Below are positions 14,601-28,430 of a stretch of 64,000 nt of DNA, one piece after another; within the stretch, counting starts at the first letter, position 1; every line of letters starts with the position of its first letter. The position numbers and the translations under genes are program-made. Location of the stretch: positions 40,052,001-40,116,000 of the forward strand of contig OZ260665.1 in the NCBI GenBank assembly GCA_965285935.1, read 5' to 3'. The DNA comes from Ophelia neglecta (lineage: Eukaryota). The notes under the pieces were generated by a model that saw nothing but the letters and a program-made list of their open reading frames with translations, did no database searches and was not told where the DNA came from.

Positions 14601-17600
14601 TATAATTTCTTCCGTAATGTTAAAGGTGAACGCGAGGGATGGGAGTAATTTTATTCACTTTACAGGAGAAACAAAACAAGTTCTCATTATCATTCCGACT
14701 GAAATGTTCTTAAATGCAACAAAGATCAAACTTAATAAAACAATTTAACTGATAAATGAAATCAATGAGAATTATTCATCTGGCATAAGTCGGATAAGTA
14801 ATCAGTGCGATTAAATAATTAAATATTGCATCAGGTGTAACCTAGGCGATTTAGATTAATAGCAAAATGTCATTCTTATGCAACAAACATCAAACTCAAT
14901 GCGATAGACCGTTGTTGCACTCAATTTTTCACATTATGAGTTAGGCTTTTTACCTTTTATGTTAAAACTGAAGTTATACAAAGAATGCTACAGCCAACTG
15001 ACTAGCTGTTAATTATTTTAATAATAATTTGCTAATAAATTTGCATCTGTCTGCACAGGGTAACACTGACAATTATTACAGTTTTAACCTTATAATTATC
15101 AGCAAGTTGCTATCGCTTTCTGAAGTTCCTGAAACAGATGATTCCAAATCATTAGGACTAAAACTATACTCTGTTGGAGACGAGTAGTTCGAGTCAATCC
15201 ATTACCTATATGTTTCCGAGAATTGGAATTCGGCGTATTGTACATAATATACTAAAAGTCGCTCTTGTCTTTTGTCTTGGTACCGAGCACAGCTCATCAG
15301 CGGCTTGGCTGATTACTCATTCGGTAGATTTGCCTGCTCAGTTGTGCAGTGCCAGTAACAAGGGACTTCTCCGTGCTATCAAGACGTTATCACGCCTTTT
15401 CGGCAGCTAACAAAACCTTAATGGCCTTGTTTCTTGGTCTGATGGATCAAATTGAGTTGAGCACTCAGCTAAATGACTCGCTCCACGCTCCTGATGGTCA
15501 ATGTGTCTAACAAAAGAGACAAAGACAATGCTGATCCCTTAGTTGGAAATAGTCTATAGAAAGGCGGGATGAGGCGGGTAGATATGCCGCCCACTGCTTT
15601 AGGTTTGGACGGACTCGAGAGCCTAAAACCATGGAGCGTATCTCTGGTGGTAACAGTTTAGTACGTTATGTATTGGGCAGATTATCACTGGCCAGTTCTC
15701 CTCGCGTGTAAGACGAGAGGTGCCATATCGGCCCCGGTCCACCTGAAGACTAGTGGACTCCATCAGAGGTGATAAACTGAGCCCCCGGTCAGCTTACCAA
15801 ACTTTTATCGCACACCGAATAACTAAGCATTGCTTACATATTTACCAGCTGACTGATTGAAGCCAGAGGATATAGAGGTGTTTAAGTAAACCTGCACTGT
15901 AAGGAGTCTGTAAACATACCCTAATGATTAGGGTCAGCCGCGCAATATGGCGCGCGATGGCACGCGTCTCTCATCTAATACATTGTGAAGTGAGCTTATA
16001 ACGACTGAGCAACATGGTATTTGTATATTTAACCCCCCTCTCCGATGTCTCTAACCACCCTCCCCTGGTCTTTGGTAATTTATATATGCTTGGCTGCGTG
16101 TTAAAGATTAACGAATGGTCCATGTCAATTTTTACTGATTATCGAATAATGAAGAAATATTTTTTACCGAAATGCAGCGACTTAAACAAATAATACAACT
16201 GTTTTTTATTTAGGGAATAAATCAATTTCAAACCTGGCATATGTGTCATAGTTTATATTGATGTCAGAGATAATTATACTAATTTGTGATTTTCAGTTGA
16301 AATGCTAACGGTCAGTGACTTCGAGGAACCCCCCACCCCCACCCCCACTCTCTTCCTCCGAGCCCCTAGATATCATATCGTCCTGTCGTCTGCTAGACCC
16401 CGATTGAAAGTACACCGAGTTGTGCGAAGAAAAGATGAATGATTATACTCGTAATTAATAAGTGCGCCTGTAATTTCCTTGGTGTAGAGGTGCAGGTTAG
16501 ATTAGCACTGGAGGAGAACGTGACCTGGTCAAACGACAGTATCACGTGACCTCGGTATTATGGTGAAGCGAAATGCATTTGCCTGGCTGTCTCCCAGCCC
16601 TACAGTACTGATTGAGCACAGCGCGACGTCCACTCACATCGGAGTGGAGAATATTCTAAACCGTTCTTAAATAGGCCTAGCGTACGGGTAGGACAACCAG
16701 TAATGCGGTGTAGCATAAGTATACTCTTAATTCAGTGTTTCGGCACATAGCCAAAATTAAGGCCAGGAAAAAAGATCATCAGTTTAGTCGACCAGGGTCT
16801 AATAATTTGGTGCTGAGAGAAAAGCTAAAATTGTCCACACTTTCCTCAGGAATAAGCCATAGCAATAAAAAATGGTTCAGGCTGTCTACTAATAAGTAGA
16901 TAGACTGAACTATTTTTTGGCGTTTACGTAAATGTTGCTCACCAGTAATTTACCTAGCTAAGTTTTTGCAGATACTTCTTGCAGGGTTTGTTTAATATCA
17001 CCGTTTCAGAAGTTTCCAATCATTGCATGCCCATCTGTCACAATACTACCAGCAATACAGGGGCCGACCGAAAGTTTAAATTGTTTTGAAAGAAAACAAC
17101 TATGTTTCTCTTGGTCAACCGCACCGAATGGAAAGCAACACAAAGCAGTAAAGCTATTCAATAAATGAGCAAATAAAACGCCACGTCTGCAAATCGACCA
17201 CATCTAAACCATCAGATCGAATCAACAGTTATCGAAGATTAGGCTCCATTCAGCTGCAGCTTTCATTGACTGTTTTTTTCGTTGTAGCAGACTCTGAAAG
17301 TTCTTAGATTGTGTTGAAGGTCTATGTTTATATTCCTTCCACACAACCAATTACGCGAGCTACCAGTGTTAGTCGGCGCAGACAGCGGGATGTAGCAGAT
17401 AACCAGTGATCTTCACTCGTCCATTAGCCATCCGACCCCCATTGCCTTGACCATGGAAGATTGTCTTTCAAGCAAAAGAGCCAATGCTTCACTACAGTAG
17501 CCTATATAACTGTTTGAAGAGGGAGAAGGGCCTCGGTCAAAGCCTGCTTTATGCCTACCCCGTCTGCTTACAACGAAAAGCCACAAATGTCTTCTCCAAT

Positions 17601-18692
17601 AACTGACACACCATCAGTTTTCAGCCTCTGCTCAAACACATCACCAGCATTGATGAAAAAGTGCCAGATGGATATAGGTTGCGAGTCAGATGCTCAATCC
17701 TCTTCCTGATCACTTCTCCAAAGCCCTACTCAAATGCTTGACCTACTTTACACAACATGTGCGATTTAGGCTTTATGCTGCTCAAGTCATATTCCCATCA
17801 ACTCTTTTCACGTGTTTTATGGACGTGTCTGAGCGGCAGCAATTATATCAAGCATGGCAGTTGTTTGATATTTCAACTATTTACACAAGCATTTAATAGC
17901 ATGTATTCTCACACACAGGTGGTGTTATAATCAACCTTGGCTCTATGAATAATACCCTTATTTTTGCTGTACGTTTTACATGGTGCTATTTACTAAACCT
18001 GCGTGTCACATTGATCTGTAGGAAATACGTTTCTCTGAAAACAAATGATAGTAACGATCAGGATGAGTCTGACTCTTTGATGTGTGTATGGCGCTTCGTC
18101 AAGTTAATACCGGTGGTCTAGTCACATCTATAGGGTCCCATTTTATTCTGTCTTCAAACGAAACATTGAAGGTTTTACTGCTTATTATTTGGGTGGCCTT
18201 TACCTCAATGACTACTGCAGTATCGACAGACAGTCCCATAACAAATTAACGTGGCGGAAGTTGTCAAACCGCAAAAATCATGGTTCAGTTGGCTCCGTGT
18301 TATATGACAAATGGTTCAGTCCAGTCTTTGTCGTCTGGTCCAAAGAATGGCATGGTTATTAATACGTCAGGACTATATGACAGACTATAAAATGTGACTC
18401 CATTAGGCCCCAAAACAAATATCATACATGTGATAGATGATCCAGTCACAATTGACAAATATTTGGATTTGCTGTTCGTGACAAATCTACAAAGATTTAT
18501 GTCTGCCAAGGAATGGACAGGGAAGTTAGCCTAACAAATAAAGGTCATCGCTAATATCATTATGCTTGTTGAACCAACAAACCTTACGGAGGGATAATGA
18601 CAATTGATCAGTGAATAGCAGTGTTTATTTCATTAATAAAAATGTAGTTGCTGTAACAATGATTCTATTGATAATGGGTGTATATGTTTCAG

Positions 18693-18835
18693 GTTTGGGG
18701 AGCGACGACGAGGTGCGGCTGGTAGACTTCCTTTTCGACAGGCAGGGATACAACCCCCTTATCCGGCCGGTCAGAAACCTCACCGAAAAAGTAACAGTCT
18801 ACTTTGGGCTGGCCATGATTCAGCTGATCAATGTC
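18693..18835 (+). CDS. nAChRbeta1: nAChR beta1-like exon 2: (G)LGSDDEVRLVDFLFDRQGYNPLIRPVRNLTEKVTVYFGLAMIQLINV
   Basis: Acceptor tttcag, donor GTC|gtaagt. Classic N-terminal helix, GYN-x-x-IRPV motif and NLT sequon. Confidence 0.96.
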
Positions 18836-21800
18836 GTAAGTAGTACTCTAACCTCACCATTCCAATTTTGAAACGACTTCATTGTTCTTAGCAAAAAATA
18901 TTTTCAAAATAATTAGGTCAATCAAAGTTATACTTTATGTTTAGTCATAGTGTGAATACATTGCATTCCTTGCTCACATTTTCTCTTCATTGAACATAAC
19001 CTAGGCCGGATGTTCGAAGATGAACATTATACAGAATCTTTATTAGATTTAGAATATATAGAAAAACCGTTTGAGTACCATTTCTCAGTCGAAAGTGAAC
19101 ACGTTTCATCTTGTAAGGTCACGCTCTCCATTTGAAAAATGGATAATCCATGCTATTTAATGAGACGCGACATGCGAATTTCAATTTTTCTTGGTCATAT
19201 CTACGGTTCCATAACCCGTTGCGCCCTTGCAATAGCTTTAAAAATGATAACATTCTGAAAAAGAGCAAGAATATATTCCTTGCATGTATTTTGGTTTCCC
19301 TTTCTTTTCTGTAGTCGCCGCTATCGGTCGGAGCTCAGGCCGACCACATCGCCTCTCATCTACATTCAGTTGAGTTTCTTCCTTCTCGCCAGAGTAAATC
19401 AATGACCCAAATGGATTGTGATTTGCCCCAAACCGTAGGCTGAAACACGATCAATCTTGTAGAAAATGGGTCCCGCTTCATTGTGGCTTCTTTTCAGCAT
19501 GGAATAATGAATTGGTAGAGAGGTGGGTGTGAGCAAGGGGCGGTGTTTACCTCATGGCTGCACCTAGACAATTATTACCCAGCAATCAACAGTTGGGGCT
19601 TACGTGTCGGACCGAGTGCCCGGACCCTGCTTTGTTCGTCTGCGGTTTGTTTGCTAATCACAACGAACACCACTTAAGAGATTTTTCTCCTCTGACTAGA
19701 TAAATTGCTGTCCATTGCTATTCTAAAAGCTTCTAGCCGCCTTCATACATTTTTCATATCTTCACACTTCTTCTAAGCAATTGGCCTGTCATTGTTGCTG
19801 ACATTGAAGTCTTACATTTCTCTTGCGACCTTTGGCATTAAACAAAGACACGTGAATGCTCCCACTACTTTTAATGTGGTAGTGACAAGGAAAGGTTAAG
19901 GCGTGCAACAGACAGTACACAATATAGTTCTCAATAGCAAAACAACACTCAATTCCACATTTTTCGAGTAGTAGTATAATGTTAAGTCTGGTAATTCCGC
20001 GCAAGCAGTAGGGTTATTCCGCACATATTATAAAGGCAATTCGTCTTTCACATCGTTTCAATAACGCACAGTTAGTCTCCTTATTCCGCGCCCGTTACTC
20101 ACTGTGGAATCAAACGATGCGTATTCTTACTCGACTTTACCTTATTTTAAATACAACAACAATGAACTTCAACTTAAACATACGAGTGTAATGACAGGTT
20201 TATTATTCAAACAGGCTTTTTATTCGTATATCTAATGGAGAGCAAAAGAAAATTTCAAAGCAGCAGTTTACTTGCTTTGGATTGCCAAAGACATATATTT
20301 AAGCGTTTGGGGTTTTTTGGAAGATGAATGGTAGGATTGGTAATGAGGTAGGTCCTCCCGCCGAGGAATCAGGAAGGAAAGGCGATCCTGACTTGTTGCT
20401 AGGGTATCTATTCCATCCATTAATCCTGCTTTCATTGGAGCAAGGCAAGTTGCGAGTCAGTGTTTTGAGTTGGTGCTGATGGGCCGAGTCCGAGTCTGAA
20501 GGCGCATTGATGGACAAAGCGCACGTGGTTCTGGGTCACAGCCTCAGTCGGTGGCGAATATACTACGCTTGCCGGTTAGAAATCACCAACAACACTCGCC
20601 TGGCTGCTAAATCGGTGTATTTCTGATCATCAGTATTGCTGTTCATTCCGTCTTTCGGTTCCTAACTCTGCCTAAGCCTGCCTCGGAGGCAGACTCGGCT
20701 CCTGAGTTAGACAGCTACTAGCCGTACACCACCATTCACACAAGTTCTTAATTTATCATAGGCGCGTGGCCATGCTATTACTTGTTGGATGCCTGTCGCC
20801 TGCTTCCTTATGGTTGAAGTTAATTGATAAGCAATATGTTAAGGTACCTTTGACATCAAGGAAGCAAAATGTCTGGCATTTTCAATGTACGCATTGATGT
20901 GCAATCTATTTAACAGTTTTTGTCAATCATTCCATCTTCTAAATATTGCTCAGATTAACCCCTCTCCAATCTACATGTGTTTGTGCGAGCAGGATACCTC
21001 TCCTCCTGTCAGTGTAAAAGTTTAAGGGACTATAGACCAATAAAAAAAAAACATTTTGAATTGTTTTAAAAGAAAGTATGATCCTTCTCTTTTAGAACAA
21101 GTATCGAATATCAAGAAGGGATGAAGTGTACGAATTAACAGTGTTGTGTTGTGAGCGAGACAAGCGCTGATTAACCTCGATTAGCCCAGGTCAAATTCAG
21201 GGTTTGCGCTAGTCCCTGTAATCGGCTCCGACGTTTAATCGTGGACCGGAGGCAAGCAATGTGCAATATGTCATGATTACCAGCCAACGTTAAAGGCAGA
21301 CGATCCATTGTGATTTGACATCATGGTCTCCGGGTCTTTCCCGGGCGATGATTACACATTCATTGGTATCTTTGTATAAAGCCTGAACTGTGCGTGTTGG
21401 GAAATAATTTGTTTCCCATCAGAGCTATATAATCACCGAGTATTTCCGCTATGCACGTGTCTCCCATGTCAAGTAGATCGACCAAACAAGACCAGACACT
21501 AACAGTCCCTGTAACGTTTCCATTTGCAATATCTAGAAATATAACAACATTTTAGTATGAAATGCTGATAAATATGTTTCTTGGCTGTTCAGCTATAGTG
21601 AAACAAGGTTTCTTTCCCTTGAGCCATCAACAACACGTTTCGCTTTGAAATTCCAGGACAAAAGTACCATAATAGGCGATGATCATCTGGTAAGAAATAG
21701 TAGCTATATAGCAACAAGACTCGGCATTTGATTGAACAGTTATCAGTGTATGTTTTGGTGAACCACCTAGTGTACACCTCTCATCTTTCTCGTACACCCT

Positions 21801-24800
21801 ACTGCCCTCACCCGCCTTTTTCTCAAATGTCTCATCGGGGATCTGAAGGCGGGGGTCTCTCCTCTCCTTCTGATGTCTCAGCTGTAGTTATCATTTCGAT
21901 ATCCGTCCGGTTATTGTTTAGGTGTTGACGTCTCAGTTCTAATAACGTTGATCGTCTGGCAGACGCCGTGCTAAATCATATCCTATGAAAAGTCACGTCT
22001 GGCATTAGCGCATGGATTGGGAATGACTTCCTTGGTCACGTGTGCGTGCTTAATGGGGGCAGGGGTGTTTGGTGTTATACAGGGTGAAGCTGGATTGTCG
22101 GCAAGAAATGCAAATGATACTTTCAAGCCGGTACACACTCAGTTCATATCATACAGCAACCAAATAAGGGAATAATATAAATGCAAAGGTATATACACCC
22201 CATGAATCGGATATGGATATTTGATCATTTGGTATATTTTAGGAACAGCTACATAACGGCCTATTTAGGAGAGCAATGGGGCTGCATTAAGGCAGGCAGG
22301 CGCTGTGCTTTTAGGAGTAGAGTAAGATTCTTCTATTTGGTTTGGGAATTATCTATCTAGCTTTGTATTCCGGCCAAACGCATTTTAACTGACCTGCCAC
22401 TAAATATTCCGAAGGCATTGATATATGAATCACTGCAAAAAATCAGAAATGACTTTAGGGAATTGCTGCTGTAATATCTATAAACTCCTATTAGGTCTGA
22501 TATGTGTTTTTATCACTTTCTTCCATTGCATTACTTCCTGCTTCAGACTTTGATATTACCATCGGCAATACATCATTGTTGTACAGGGCAAAAGACTCAA
22601 TTTGATAATCTCGATATGCCGACGATTTATGTCAATCGTGTGGCCGATCTACGCCGCAAATAGTTTCTCAAGCACAAGCTACGTCTGTTGGTGACCTGAA
22701 CGAGACTTGTACGAGTGTCTTGTATGGTCTCATCGCATTGCTATATCTGGCGGCCATGTTGAGGGAGACACTATTGGCGGTATCTGCCTGCAAAGGGAGA
22801 CCGGCGTTCCTAGTTATAGATCCCTTTGCACCTGGGACAGCCTGCGTAGAATATTTATATTGAATTTTATTTGTGATATCTGCCTCACACGGTTTGTCAT
22901 TTGTGTAGTACGTAATTCACGCGCTGCAATTTGAGAAATATAAGATTGTTTTTATAAGCTGCAATAAGACAGAACTTCGTGACGAGCATTGCAGAAAGCA
23001 TTTGCGCTCGTTTTAGTTTCTCAGAAGGTGACACCCTGGGGTGAATTCGAACTTCAAAATGTCACTCACAGGGTGCATTCCAAGGTTAGCACTTTACTGG
23101 TCGATATTCTCACAATAAAACGTAATTCTCCTATCTAGTCCTCGTAAAATATATTTTAGTATTATTGTGTCTTCTAGAGATGTATATTATATTGTGCATG
23201 TTTTTTGTGTGATGTGCGTTAGCTAGTCCCCCTGGTCTTCTAAAATATTATATGTGGCATTTCTAGCAAGAACCCACATGGAAAGAAAAACAAATATAAC
23301 TAATGTACAGAAAATATGCCCATTCTTTTCCAATATTCTTTGCAAGACCTAAATCTTTATGTCAATTAATAACGTTCAAGAACTGATTGTGAATAAACTA
23401 CATGCTGAGGTGGTTCTCCACAAATAGAACAGCCGGAAGCCGTTAGAGTTCGGGGCAATAAGAATGAATGCAATTTAAGAGTTTGCTTTTTACATCAGAT
23501 ACAGTTGCAAAAAAGCCGTTATTCAAACGCATAATCGTAAAGAGTTTAATGAATGTCCTTAGAATTGTGCTTCGAAATTGGCAGGGTTTGTATTGATGGA
23601 CTCTCAAGCTGTGAATCTGTGAATTCGCTTACATTTATCTCCCATTCAGTAATCTTAACAGGTAGTAAAAGGAGCTCTCAGATTAGGAAGGAGGTTAGGG
23701 CAAATCTCACAAGACAGCCCATGAGATTGCTGGAGAATACTCTTTATGAAACATGTATTGCGGCAGAAGGTCGACGGCCATGATAATCGATGGAGACGAG
23801 AACGTATTCGCCATAACGTTTGCATTATACATTCCCCAAAATGATGGAGAACATTATTCCTGACTTGGCAAAAGCCAGTGTGGCTATGCGGAGCCAAAGC
23901 GAACAAAACTTTACCGGCATTTTATCCTTGTGCGATATCCTGTTTAGTATCTCAGATTTCCTTTGGGCATCTTGGGGAATTTGCTTATAATCTATTACAA
24001 GTCAGCAAAACGATGCTTGGTCCCGAATATGCACCTATGAACCTGAAACCAACAATACCGAAAGGGATTTTCGATTTCCTAAACATATCCCGTGGCACAT
24101 CTTTGATTGTAACCCACACGCAAGATGCTCTTGAATTGAAAACAGAATTTTCATCAGAGGCAGCCAAGATATTTCTTGGTTCATGTTACATGCCATATTA
24201 AACAACGGGATTGAACACCCAGCAAATAAAGCAAAATTCTGAATAAAAGTTAGTCAATTTAATTGCTCCAACATTACCAGGAACCGTTAGTTGCAGGCCC
24301 CAAACATCAACCACAGTTCCCGTATTACTGTGTGAATAAGCTTGTTACGAAATTAATGACAATAATATAAAATAGAAATCACTGTCAATGAATAGCAATT
24401 AAAATCAATATTTTTTGGCACTCAAAGCCATTTTTATATTTCAATCACCAAGTACTAGGTAACTGCAGTTGATGTATTTATTGATAGATGGGCTTAATTA
24501 AATCTCTAAAGTAGAATAGCCTGCAAGAAATACATTGACTTTTGGCGTCATATTTAGAAGAAGTATTTTTCTACATGTGATACCCGCAGAAAACTCATTC
24601 ACCCTTGTTTTTTTGTCAAGCATAACGCCAGGAGGTAAGTTCCGCCGGGAAATGAATCTAGAACTTTTCACTCTAGCCTATTCTTCTTTCTCGATGAGGC
24701 CAACTTCTGGAATTCAAGTTTAGTCCGTCACCTCCGGGCCATTTTGTCAACTCTACGGGTAAGGCGAAGAGACGATTAATATAGCATTGATGACCTAGCA

Positions 24801-27800
24801 TTTAGGGTTGCCATTAATTTTATGGTTTATACACAATCCTCCGTGTAGGTTCGCCACTAAACGACTTTATTTAACGTCCAGGTCGCTGAGATCTAGCTGG
24901 CCCTGTTTTTGTTTCATGATATAGAAAGCTATTTCAACATGACCCGCCTAATGTATGGAGTAACCCAGGAAAAGAACTTCAAAAAATGAGATCAGCTTCG
25001 TGCTGCCTTATAGGCCGTTTACATAATATCTATATACCATCGTTTTTTGCAGATGCACGTTTTCAGTCATAATAAGGCGTGACTTGCTCAAACCTTGATT
25101 GCACTATCTATGATATTTAAAACCGGTTTCAACTTCATATTGTAAGGACTTTTTCATCCTTGGTTGGTCTTGTATTTATCCAGACAAATCCATCTAGTAC
25201 TTTTTTGTATAGTCTCAAACTTATCAGACTGCTTAGTCCATCACTGACTCATCTATGGCACGATTCATCCTTGGTTTAAGATGATCATGGTTCTGTCCTC
25301 CAACTCACATCTTAGAAAAATCTTGAGCTGGTGATACCACTTTTAAATTTTGTAATTTCACACCCGTTGATAGCAAGGGACCTAGGAATTGATTTATGAG
25401 AATGCAGCTGACGGTTACTGGTGATTTCCGACCTATTTAGCGGAATATTCTTGAACGACTTTGCTTTGTGTGCCGTGTATCCACCACTGTGTTTAACGGG
25501 CTGCGTATTGACTAAATGGCTTTAACTTGAAACCACCTCGAGGAAACCACCCGCATCTAGACCTATAAATATACACCTCGAACTCAGGGGTGTACAGTAG
25601 GAGAAGTTTGGAAACTGAATATAGGACGCTTCACAAATCGGAGGCCAGCCTAGGAAAGTTGTGGCCTAATTATGTTTACCTCGCAGAAATATTAGTGCTC
25701 CAACTCTATGAAAGTTGTAAGTTAATATGTGTGGTGGGTTGCCTCCATCCATCACAGGACGCCTGCCAACACACGTGCTTGGCGTCCCAGTTCCCGTCCG
25801 CCTGCTGCAAAGAACTAATCTTCGCCAACAATGCAAACGCCGTGATAGATTGTTCTTAACTTTTACATTCCCACAATTGTTGTTTGGCTTAAAATAATAT
25901 ATCATATTATCAGCCAGGCGCGTTGCAAGTCTATTTATTCTGCTCTTTGAATGTGAATGATATAAAAACCCTTCATTGAATGTATAACAACAAACATTAA
26001 TACCAACTTAATAGATGACTAGATAAATATCCCTAAAGGCTCTTAAAAAGGTCAAATTAAACAAGCGTACATCACGCGTTCACCATACACACATTTATGT
26101 CAAATAGCCCTCAGAACGAGTCTCTGATGAACAGGTGTTTATAGTATTTGACTCAAAAGCCGACCTGTAACGGCCGAGTCCACACATCTGAACGTTTAAG
26201 CAAGGCTCACAGAGTTTGAACACATTTTAAGCAATTACCTTAAACTTGAAGTGTTTGGTATTCCAAAGTAACTGATACAATATTTCTAAGGCATTGTTAT
26301 GGCATTAATGGTTTCTTAATTGTAATGCCTAGTCTACAAGTCTCCGTTATAAGAAGCCGATCCTACTTTATAGATACGGCTGCTGATTTTATAAGCAGTT
26401 TCGCATACCTACTGTTCTCAACCGGCACCACGCCAATGTAAAGCCACGTGGAGTTCTCTTAGACTAGTAGAACATTGTACCATCTAGGATATTTGATAAT
26501 AAAGAAAGTAGTTTTCGACGCTCATTTTTCTCATATAAACGACTGTTTTACCAGGTATTATATTGTTTTATAAATAAGTAGACGCCGCCTATCAACTCGC
26601 ACTATTTCCGCTTTCCCTGTTTTAACTCGGGAATAGCCCATTAAGTTTGACCTTATTACCCTGATTTGGTCAGTTGGTATAACGTTGTCGACCAAATGGA
26701 CAAAATTGATGAAATGATGTGGAACGTTTTGATATTGTATACGTCCACGATGACAACAACATAATTTATTATCTAAACAACTACGTTTATAATATTGCGG
26801 GCTATTAAATATAACTGGACTATGTCTCCACCGCTTTGCTCAAGTCCCCCTCATTCATTCACTATATTCGATGTTCGGCTTGGATTTAACCAAGGCGATA
26901 CAGGATGCTGTTTTCCCGTAAAGCTCCGCGTCCTCTCGGGTTGCCACGAGCCTTGCCCTCTCAACATAAATCTGCGGTGTCACTCCTCTCTCCCCGACCC
27001 AGCATGGCACGGTCGCTCGGGCATCTTTATGCGGCTCGAGCGGGCGATACATCACTCCTGCAAGGATTTTCTATTGTAACCATGTCATTTGTGGCAGCAA
27101 TATGGATAAATGTGCTTAGTAAATAGCAATGTTAGTCCTTTTTTTATACTTGGTACTGTTATTGATGTTGTAGTTCTCTTGTTTCCATGCAGACGACTTC
27201 GGCAATTAGGAGTAAAAAGCCAAAACCAAACAGCTAGCTTGGCGTTTCCTGACCTTTCCATCCATGGTCGTTATAGTAATCCGACTCGACGCAGTTTGAT
27301 TTCACAATGGACCGCGTGAGGGATTTCACACAAGCTTTGTCGTTGCTCTTATCAACCTCGGGTGTTTTGCAAGGAAACTCGGCAACTCCCTGGGCAGCGC
27401 TCGGAGGAGTGTGTGGTATCGAGGCGGTGAATGGGGGTGCTTATCTGCTTTACACTCGACTGCTCTCTAACCACTGTTTTATTTTGTGGCACATGTTCTT
27501 GAGTATAGGAGCCCATACCTTTTGTCGCTTGTTCCTTAATTCTTTTCTCCTCTGTTATAAGAGGGTTACAGTACGTAGATAAAAATAGGGTAGGTAACCG
27601 GTAAGCTAAACCCGCCAATATTCCCAGTATTTAAGGTAAGGGATCTTGCCGGACACAAGCATGATAAATTTTTGATTCTAAAAGCAATTCTAGCGAAACG
27701 GAGCCAAGCCTTTCATTACCGAATCATATCGATTTCACCATTATAAGAAAAAATTATAATAATGTACTTATGACCCCATAATATACATTTACATAATAAC

Positions 27801-28366
27801 TATAAGCCTGTAGAACTTATCTGTATATAGTGAGTGACCAATCAATGTTGACCGTGTATTATTACGCGATAAAAGATTTTTGATAAAGCACGGTATAAAT
27901 TAAGCTGTTCTTTTTTGCTTCCTCTGATATAAACCCTCCCCCTTAATCACTTGCATTGTTAATAAAATATGATTCAGATAATTATGTAAAATGAGTGTTT
28001 TAGTTAATAGCAATAGTACTTGTATGCCATGTTGGCAGCGCAGACAGGGGGTAGCCTATAGACAGGAGGAAGGACAGCTTTAATCATAACGATAAAAATC
28101 GGTTTCGGTGGCAGCAAAACTAAAGCTGTGTTTACTCTTAATCGACTATATAACATACGCAGAAAGTCAGAATATACCTCAGACATTCTATCGGGTATGT
28201 TCTAAAAGCAATAACAGCATGGTTTTGAGGCTTTATGATCAGAAAGACCCATGCAGGAAAGAATACAGTACTCAGAATTCACCTTCGCACTGATATAATT
28301 TCATCGTGGATGTATCAGGTCAAACAGCCTCAATACCATACTGTTTTTGCAAAAAAGTGTATCCCT

Positions 28367-28430
28367 GATTATCATTATTATGATTATTATTATTATCATT
28401 ATTATGATTTTCATTATTATCATTATAATA
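28367..28430. repeat. Imperfect (ATT/ATC/ATG)n trinucleotide microsatellite
   Basis: gattatcattattatgattattattattatcattattatg... Confidence 0.85.

Noticed and set aside
26124-26170. CTGATGA followed by a stem (ACAGGT/ACCTGT), hammerhead-like
   Set aside because: The required GAAA core after stem II is missing.
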